Positions 17,455 through 23,808 of a DNA stretch of 64,000 bases are shown in pieces. The stretch is from a virus (Duplodnaviria; Caudoviricetes), in IMG/VR virus record IMGVR_UViG_3300036971_000112, positions 4,536 to 68,535 of that record. One strand, given 5' to 3'. Position numbers and translations under genes: made by a program. The notes under the pieces are model-generated. The model had not been told where the DNA came from. It did not search any database and saw only the letters and a list, made by a program, of their open reading frames with translations. The number at the start of each line of letters is the position of its first letter. Within the stretch, counting starts at the first letter, position 1.

Positions 17455-17667
17455 CTAACCCATAGAAATAAAATGACGATAACATTTGTCCAAAACAGCT
17501 TCCGAAACCTCTATTTGCCTAGCGAAAAGATGCCAATACACGGTAGTCGGCCATGTGTTATCACGCTCTCGCCATTGCTTGATTGCTGCCCAATAGGGCA
17601 ACAACCGATTGTCACACCCTTCAACAGGGTGTGGTGGAATCACACGAGGGAAGCCCTTCGTAGTCAT
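17455..17667 (-). CDS. hypothetical protein
   Basis: 70-aa ORF. Confidence 0.55.
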   Translation of the reverse strand: MTTKGFPRVIPPHPVEGCDNRLLPYWAAIKQWRERDNTWPTTVYWHLFARQIEVSEAVLDKCYRHFISMG

Positions 17668-17917
17668 CTAAAAGCTCCTTAATTTGCGCGGCGTTCAGCT
17701 TAATACAGCCGAAACAGTCGAACGCCGCGTCTAGGTTGTCATTGTTGGCGTACCAACGGAGAATAGCTTCGGAAAATTCCGAAGCGGGGAAAACGTAGAG
17801 GAACTGACCGCAAGATAGGATTGTGGATTTATTTGCTCGACAGAATTTCAAAATATCTGTCTCTGACTTTAATACCTTGCGGAGAATAATCCGCGAGGGT
17901 TTAGGCTGTTGGTTCAT
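17621..17917 (-). CDS. hypothetical protein
   Basis: GGAGG RBS with TCAAAATG start at 17917. Confidence 0.6.
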   Translation of the reverse strand: MNQQPKPSRIILRKVLKSETDILKFCRANKSTILSCGQFLYVFPASEFSEAILRWYANNDNLDAAFDCFGCIKLNAAQIKELLDDYEGLPSCDSTTPC

Positions 17918-18284
17918 TTTGAATAGCCTCCTGAGCAGTAAGGGCGACCGAATAAGCAAGTTGAATATCCAAGTAGGACATCAACTTGCTACACAAATCC
18001 ATGCGGAGACGGAATTGAGAACCACTCCACAATCCGCCTACGTGACCCGTTGATGGGTAACGGACGGGGTAACTACGAGGAAGGTACATATCCTCAAAGA
18101 TGTTGCTCAACAGGTGATAGAAGTCCACATCCCGAAAATCTGGGCGGTTACGCTCCACCCACTCCTCGACGTTGAGACAAAGCCCACAATCGGGTACATA
18201 AACCCCACGATGGCAGGCCATGCCGACGATGGCGTGAATCGCGTCAAAGAGGACGCGGTTCAACTCAGCAGAAATTTTAATCAT
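17901..18284 (-). CDS. hypothetical protein
   Basis: GAGTTTTCAAAATG start. Confidence 0.6.
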   Translation of the reverse strand: MIKISAELNRVLFDAIHAIVGMACHRGVYVPDCGLCLNVEEWVERNRPDFRDVDFYHLLSNIFEDMYLPRSYPVRYPSTGHVGGLWSGSQFRLRMDLCSKLMSYLDIQLAYSVALTAQEAIQNEPTA

Positions 18285-18361
18285 TTTGAAAACTCAACTA
18301 ATTTCCGTTCAAAGGGGAACGGGAAACCCTTAAACTGTCAAACTATCGAATTTGAGGTGAC

Positions 18362-18390
18362 ATTGTAACACAAACTAAACGGGGTGTCAA
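18362..18390 (-). promoter_or_regulatory. sigma70 early promoter with flanking inverted repeat (second copy)
   Basis: TTGACA-17-TACAAT; arms 18363-18372 and 18394-18403; flanks identical to the 14986-15045 block. Confidence 0.8.
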
Positions 18391-18416
18391 GGTTGTGTTA
18401 CAAAACTACTACAAAA

Positions 18417-19274
18417 CTATTCTGAGTCTGAGGAAACCTTCCCCATCATCAACTGAAAGGCTTTGTCGGCTTGCCGAGACGCTTTGAAAAACGCCTTGTT
18501 GTCGTTTCCTAACACCTTCAACCACGAGGACAAATAGCTTTCGTGCTGACAGCCGTATTCGGATGAAATTCCGAACTCAGCACAAAGAAAGGCAGAACCT
18601 AACTCGGCAACTAGCTCCTCGAAAGCGTAGTCAGCGTCGCCAAAACGCTCGCCTTTTTTGCGAGCAAGGCGAGAGGGTGCGCCAGTCGCATGGATCAACT
18701 CATGCGCTAAAACAGCACTGTAAGCGGCATCGGAGACGAAAGCGGTTGACGGCATCGTTACCCTATCGGCAATCCGCTCGTAGTAGGCAGAATCACCGCT
18801 ATGACGTAAACCGACTTTCAAATCTTCTGCCCTTTGCCGTAAAAAGACGGCCATCTCGCTACCTGAAGGCTGAGGTAAGTCAGGTAACGGAGGCAAATCT
18901 AAGCCATCGACTTGCTCAACATTAAAAAGGTTGAAATGCCGTAACAGGCTGTACGATTTACGGTTGCCGTTCTCATCCTCTTTTGAGGACACCATTGGTG
19001 CGTAAAAACAAGCCAAAGTAGCTGACTCACCTTTACGGACTTGGCCGCCGAGTTCGGCGGCTTGCTTATAAGTTAGCCACTCTGGGCGGCTAAACTCGGT
19101 CATGCCGAGCAGCCAAACATTCACGCCACTGTAGGGTTTTTGGGTGGCGAAGTTGATTGGATGGGACGCTTGGCGCGAAGACCAAGATTGAACAAATTTA
19201 GAAAACTCGCCGCTCTCAATAGAGTGGAGAATTTTCTGTGTAACCACAGTCGCCACGTCGAATTTAACTTTCAC
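18417..19274 (-). CDS. ardC: ArdC-family antirestriction protein (ssDNA-binding plus zincin-like domain)
   Basis: YSGVNVWLL, WLTYKQA..LGGQVRKGE, F.LFN.EQ, HELIHATG, YAFEELVAELGSAFL, H.SYL.SWL; GTG start 19274 after GAGG. Confidence 0.9.
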   Translation of the reverse strand: MKVKFDVATVVTQKILHSIESGEFSKFVQSWSSRQASHPINFATQKPYSGVNVWLLGMTEFSRPEWLTYKQAAELGGQVRKGESATLACFYAPMVSSKEDENGNRKSYSLLRHFNLFNVEQVDGLDLPPLPDLPQPSGSEMAVFLRQRAEDLKVGLRHSGDSAYYERIADRVTMPSTAFVSDAAYSAVLAHELIHATGAPSRLARKKGERFGDADYAFEELVAELGSAFLCAEFGISSEYGCQHESYLSSWLKVLGNDNKAFFKASRQADKAFQLMMGKVSSDSE

Positions 19275-19401
19275 TTTAAGAATCCTCAAAAAAAGAAAAA
19301 AAGGTAGCCGTGTCCTTCATAACTGTCACGGCTTGCACGATTGAGTTAGAAATCTCGTGCGGGATTCCGTTCAGCGTTATGCGCTGATAGCTGGACTCAA
19401 A

Positions 19402-19749
19402 CTAAACGCCCGAAAAGGAATACAGCGAGAAAACAAAAGTCGCGCTGGCAACTTCCGAATCCGTGTACTCGTGGCGGTCAGTTAGGCGAGGTAAGCCGCG
19501 AACACCCATAACGATGACAGAATCACCGTCCGCTAACAAAACGCGGGGAGGTTGTTCGGGGATTGCTACATCTAAGCCAAAACGGGTACGCATCGCGGTG
19601 ATGGTAGCCAAGTGGCTAGGATTGCAGCAGCTTACTACGCCGTTTTGAATCAATGCGCTGACCTGCTCAACAGTCAAAGACTTACGCACAATTGTGCCGT
19701 CTGTGAACATTGAATCAGCCAATGCAAAGCCAAAATAGACTTTAGAGAT
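19402..19749 (-). CDS. DUF1874 / STIV B116 / AcrIII-1-like protein with apparent ATC start
   Basis: Extended frame reads (M)SKVYFGFALADSMF...SHLATI...L..GD.V.V...RL...Y..EV, aligning by eye to SIRV1 gp29; GGAG 7 nt before ATC at 19749. Confidence 0.65.
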   Translation of the reverse strand: MSKVYFGFALADSMFTDGTIVRKSLTVEQVSALIQNGVVSCCNPSHLATITAMRTRFGLDVAIPEQPPRVLLADGDSVIVMGVRGLPRLTDRHEYTDSEVASATFVFSLYSFSGV

Positions 19750-19810
19750 AGCAGTTCTCCGATTGTGATACCGTTTACTTCATACGTGAAACGGCTTAAC
19801 GGTTTAGAAT

Positions 19811-20317
19811 TTAAAGTTTAGACCCTTTCCAATCTAAACGAACTACCACAAGGTAGCCGAGATTGAATTTTGTAGCCAAAGCTTTTGCCTTAGCTTTTAC
19901 CTCATCAGAGGCATGACGGCAGACTACTACCGCGTCGTAGACGGGGTAGTCGATGCAAACCTCACCATGCCCTCGATTTTCACCATGGGGGGTTTTAAAC
20001 AAAGGCGTTGCCGCCTTGATAAGCCGCCCTAGGTCACGGAAAGTTTTCCCCCGATTATCACGGCAGGCCGTGAGGAGGCCATTTGCCTCTCTCTGGGTGT
20101 AGGCATCAACCAGCCAGCCTTGTACAAAGACTGACTTTTTCATATCAATGGAGAGGCCGATTAAAGCTCTCTCTTTTTGACTTAGTCGGCTTTCGCCGAA
20201 AAAGCATGGTTCAGCCGCTACTTGGCGGCCTAACCCTTCAAGCTCTTGCTTGACGGACAACTCTAGGCCGCCAGTCGTGCGGCCAAAAGCCCCTAACCAA
20301 CGGACTATTAAGCTCAT
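19811..20317 (-). CDS. hypothetical protein
   Basis: GAGGTG RBS before ATG 20317. Confidence 0.65.
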   Translation of the reverse strand: MSLIVRWLGAFGRTTGGLELSVKQELEGLGRQVAAEPCFFGESRLSQKERALIGLSIDMKKSVFVQGWLVDAYTQREANGLLTACRDNRGKTFRDLGRLIKAATPLFKTPHGENRGHGEVCIDYPVYDAVVVCRHASDEVKAKAKALATKFNLGYLVVVRLDWKGSKL

Positions 20318-20617
20318 AAACACCTCGAAAAATCGTTGGAATCTTTTGGAAAAGGCGACTCACTTACCCAGCTTAAAAGCAAAGCCAAACTAATAACCCT
20401 AGTCTCTGTCGGTTACTTCTCACAGTGTTGACTCACAACAATAGATAGCCAAGCTTACTTATTTTGACCTTTTGATCCGAATCACCGCTATCGGCAAAGG
20501 AGAACAGTCGGGGATACTAAGCTAACCTAACCCCATTAGTGGACGAAAACCATGTGCTAAACCTCTTGGTAAAAAGGGGCGAAATTTAGTGAGAAACTTA
20601 ATAGAAAGTTAGTGTGA

Positions 20618-20855
20618 GAAAACACTTTACTTTGAGGCTAGAGTGTGAATGGCTCAGTTTTTGAGCAAAAAAAACGCTTGACAGGTAATAAAAAGTATGA
20701 AAATGTACGTTTTTTGTACAAAAAAATCTTATATTTTCGTTAGGAATTGCTGTATAAAAACTGAGCAATTTCAGATTTTTTACTACTTGTCAAGCGAAAT
20801 AATCGCTCAAAAAAACAACGCTTCATACTCTAGCCTCAAAGTAAAGCGTTTTTTC
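20618..20855. repeat. long imperfect inverted repeat with motif M at each end
   Basis: 20618-20700 versus reverse complement of 20770-20855; both arms contain inward-facing TTGACA. Confidence 0.8.
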
Positions 20856-21199
20856 AAACTAATTTTCTATTAAGATTCTTAGGCCGTTTTTAGGTGGCAA
20901 TTTCTTTGACTATTTATAGCAAATTTGAAACGGCAACTTTTCCGAGCTACGCGGCGTGAAAACGCGGCGATTTAAGCCTTGTTGACTCAAAAAGATGAAT
21001 CAGGGTAGCGGAAACTTTTTTTAGGCCGCTTAAAGGGTCGTTTCTGAAGCTCTGAGAACCATTTAACAGGTGGCTAAGAGGTCTTTTACCGCGTTGGTGG
21101 CAAAGTAAACGATAACTTTGGCGGTGATTTCCGTTTTTTACGGTGTTCGGGCTGTGGTTACGGGGTAGGCCAAACAGGGTTAAAAATTTAGGGAAAAAA

Positions 21200-21338
21200 A
21201 GGCATTTCACATATAGAAATGTTTTCAAGACCCTTTGTATATTAGAAAATTCTCTATTTCTAATTCTCTATTTTTCTACTTTTCCTTAACTACTCTCTAC
21301 AAGCATCTTTATTTTTATTTTCTATATGTAAAATGCCT
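21200..21338. other. origin-like element A: 20-bp inverted repeat around an AT/pyrimidine-rich core
   Basis: AGGCATTTCACATATAGAAA (21200-21219) and TTTCTATATGTAAAATGCCT (21319-21338), 19/20 match; homologous element at 49.46-49.59 kb. Confidence 0.55.
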
Positions 21339-21633
21339 TTTTTAACCCAAATTTTATCTTGTGGCCTCCCTAACCGAATTAGTTAAGATTTCCTTTACGA
21401 TAATCCTGACTGGCAACCGTCCCCATTCCCAGTTACCGCCACCCTTTACTGGCTTTCGGCCACGTCAAAGGGTGACGTTACTCTTTTAAGCAAGCTGGCT
21501 TTCGGCTATGTCCATGCTTAAAAGAGTCTGGGAAACTTTCTTACCTAGAATCGTAAACTGTTACCTGTTACGGCTTAGATTCAAAGGTTAGGAAAACGTA
21601 AACCGTTACCCGTTACTTAAAAAACCCAAAAAG

Positions 21634-21798
21634 TTTTGAAAAGCCGAGTTTTCGCGGTCTCAAAAACATTTTGAAAAGCCGAGTTTTCGCGGTCTCAAAA
21701 ACATTTTGAAAAGCCGAGTTTTCGCGGTCTCAAAAACATTTTGAAAAGCCGAGTTTTCGCGGTCTCAAAAACATTTTGAAAAGCCGAATTTTCGCGGT
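21634..21798. repeat. 35-bp tandem repeat, 4 identical copies plus a partial copy
   Basis: TTTTGAAAAGCCGAGTTTTCGCGGTCTCAAAAACA starting at 21634, 21669, 21704, 21739; partial at 21774; no spacers. Confidence 0.95.
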
Positions 21799-21959
21799 TA
21801 TCTCTTTTATAAGGTAAATACCCCGTCAAACGTACCACAATCACCGTTAAGCCGTGTTAAAGCTTAAAAGGGTAGATAGGTAACGGGTAGATAGGTAACG
21901 GGTAACGTGCCGTTAAAGCGTGTTTTTCCGACAGGTAACGGGAAAACACGAAAAACAAG

Positions 21960-22004
21960 CAAGACAAAAAGCCTAAACAGATAACTGTTAGGCTTTTTGT
22001 CTTG
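21960..22004 (-). terminator. intrinsic terminator after the 22042-22887 gene
   Basis: 17-bp arms CAAGACAAAAAGCCTAA/TTAGGCTTTTTGTCTTG. Confidence 0.75.
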
Positions 22005-22012
22005 TCAGTTTA

Positions 22013-22039
22013 GGCGGGTATTGCTACCCGCCCTTTTTT
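22013..22039 (+). terminator. plus-strand intrinsic terminator
   Basis: GGCGGGTA-TTGC-TACCCGCC followed by CTTTTTT. Confidence 0.7.
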
Positions 22040-22041
22040 GG

Positions 22042-22887
22042 TTATGCCGCTTTTTGACGTTTAGCGATTAACGCTTGCACACCTTTTAACAAGGCTTGTA
22101 GGCTATCATTGTCTTGAGTGGCAATAACTTCTAGAATCTCGCTAGTAGTTAAACTAGCCAAAATCGACGCCCGTACAATGGCAAAATCTGCAACGGCATC
22201 GGCACCGGCACCGGCATCGGCACCGGCACCGGCACCGGCACCGGCACCGGCATCGGCATCGGCATCGGCATCGGCACCGGCATCGGCATCGGCACCGGCA
22301 TCGGCATCGGCATCGGCACCGGCACCGGCATCGGCACCGGCACCGGCACCGGCATCGGCATCGGCATCGGCACCGGCATCGGCATCGGCATCGGCATCGG
22401 CATCGGCATCGCTAGCCATAAACGACTCAACATTGCCAATAATGGCGAGCAAGCCTTCGAGGGTAGTTTTAAAACTGATTGAGCATGACTCAATCAGCGA
22501 TTCTAAAACGTCGTTATCCTCTAGGGTACGATACCCTTTTAATGAATCGCTAAAAGCGATAACCTTGCTAAAAGCGATTTTATAAGATTTTGCCGTCTTA
22601 ATACTGGTAATACCAATTGATCCAAAACGCGTTGCGATTGCCTTAACGCCCGCATTTTTTGCATCTTGATAACTTGTAAAGATACCCTTAAAAAACATAG
22701 CAAGAGTCCAATAGTCGGTACTTGTAGCGCGTACCAAGCCATTATTTTCACAACACCCTAACCAGCAATTTTTAACCTCTTTTTTGTCGCCATAGCAGGC
22801 GATAATTTTTGATAATTCAGCAATCGCTGAGAAGGATGAATTTGCAGTTTTCACTGCTAAAACGGATAACTCTGTTTGGTAACTCAT
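22042..22887 (-). CDS. hypothetical protein with an internal (Ala-Asp/Ala-Gly)36 tract
   Basis: 281-aa ORF with AGGTAGG RBS and its own terminator; non-repetitive flanks look like folded domains. Confidence 0.75.
   Translation of the reverse strand: MSYQTELSVLAVKTANSSFSAIAELSKIIACYGDKKEVKNCWLGCCENNGLVRATSTDYWTLAMFFKGIFTSYQDAKNAGVKAIATRFGSIGITSIKTAKSYKIAFSKVIAFSDSLKGYRTLEDNDVLESLIESCSISFKTTLEGLLAIIGNVESFMASDADADADADADAGADADADAGAGAGADAGAGADADADAGADADAGADADADADAGAGAGAGAGADAGAGADAVADFAIVRASILASLTTSEILEVIATQDNDSLQALLKGVQALIAKRQKAA
22195..22410. repeat. 6-bp coding VNTR GGCA(T/C)C x36
   Basis: 216 bp counted directly. Confidence 0.95.
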
Positions 22888-23169
22888 TTTAACCTACCTT
22901 TTTTCATTTCCCCGTTACCCTAACGGGATTTTGTGAGTTTTAGACGTACCTTCCCCGTAACTCGTTAAGTGAGTCATTAGACGGATAAAGGACTATCTGA
23001 TTAAAGAACACGTAGCGTGTACACTCGTCATGTAACACACTGACAATAATGCAGTAACCATGCCAACCTTGCGAAAAATCGTATGCTATTGATTTATAAG
23101 GCTTTTTTATAAGTATGTTGTCTTTATGTAACTGTAAAAGTAACAGTCTATTGGCTCAAATGACAAGCG

Positions 23170-23209
23170 AAGTGTTACCGAGGTAACACTTTTTGTTACC
23201 TTGGTAACA
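23170..23209. promoter_or_regulatory. tandem palindromes TGTTACC-N2-GGTAACA
   Basis: AAGTGTTACC-GA-GGTAACACTT (23170-23191) and TGTTACC-TT-GGTAACA (23194-23209). Confidence 0.6.
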
Positions 23210-23612
23210 CTTTGGTTATTTTTTAACCATTGTAGGACAAGATTTTTGTAATACCTTGTTACAATTGAATATAGTGTCTATCGGACACTTGCTTAAATAA
23301 TAGGCAATCAGTATCCAAACCCGTATTTTGTTGTACATTTTTTAGGCAAACGATATAAAGTACAAGTGTCTAGCAACTACCATTCATCGTATCTTGTAGG
23401 ACAATGGGCAAAAAATAACCAAAGTAACACTTAGTCGTAACATTTTGACAGTGACAAGATAAGCCACGGGAAACATGATCCGATGAACGGCATTGACAAG
23501 GGTGGTACGATTATGCTAGGGAAAAAGGCAGCACCTAGGGTGCTATCTCAAAATCCCCTGTGTAATTTTTCGTAAAAAGGGTGTGTGATATTCTCACCTT
23601 ATTATGAAAAAC

Positions 23613-23784
23613 TTCGGCAACCGTAGAAAGAGTCCGTTTTCGGCAACCGTAGAAAGAGTCCGTTTTCGGCAACCGTACCCCGTAACCGATTTTCGTTTTC
23701 GGCACCCGTACCCCGTAAACCCTAAAAAGAGTCCGTAAACCGCCACCGTAAACCGCCACCGTAAACCGCCACCGTAAACCACCG
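23613..23784. repeat. compound repeat (26-bp x2, TTCGGCA(A/C)CCGTA x4, 13-bp x~4)
   Basis: Read directly; ten same-strand CCGTA boxes. Confidence 0.9.
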
Positions 23785-23808
23785 CTACCCCCCCAACCTA
23801 GCCCCACC

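Noticed and set aside
20947-21228. 93-aa minus-strand ORF in the non-coding region
   Set aside because: No RBS, overlaps the inverted-repeat arm of origin-like element A, and has non-protein-like composition.
21634-21798. CRISPR or TIGR array (one rotation reads GTTTT...CAAAAT like type II repeats)
   Set aside because: Units are contiguous and identical with no spacers, no cas or Nop-domain gene is present, and the array boundaries do not match that rotation.
22118-22585. Ala-Pro/Ala-Ser ORF (plus) and Met-Pro/Val-Pro ORF (22149-22493, minus)
   Set aside because: Stop-free frames created by the 6-bp VNTR; only the 22042-22887 frame has an RBS and sensible flanks.
23535-23807. ORFs 23535-23807 and 23594-23782
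   Set aside because: Products of the repeat ladder; low complexity and no RBS.
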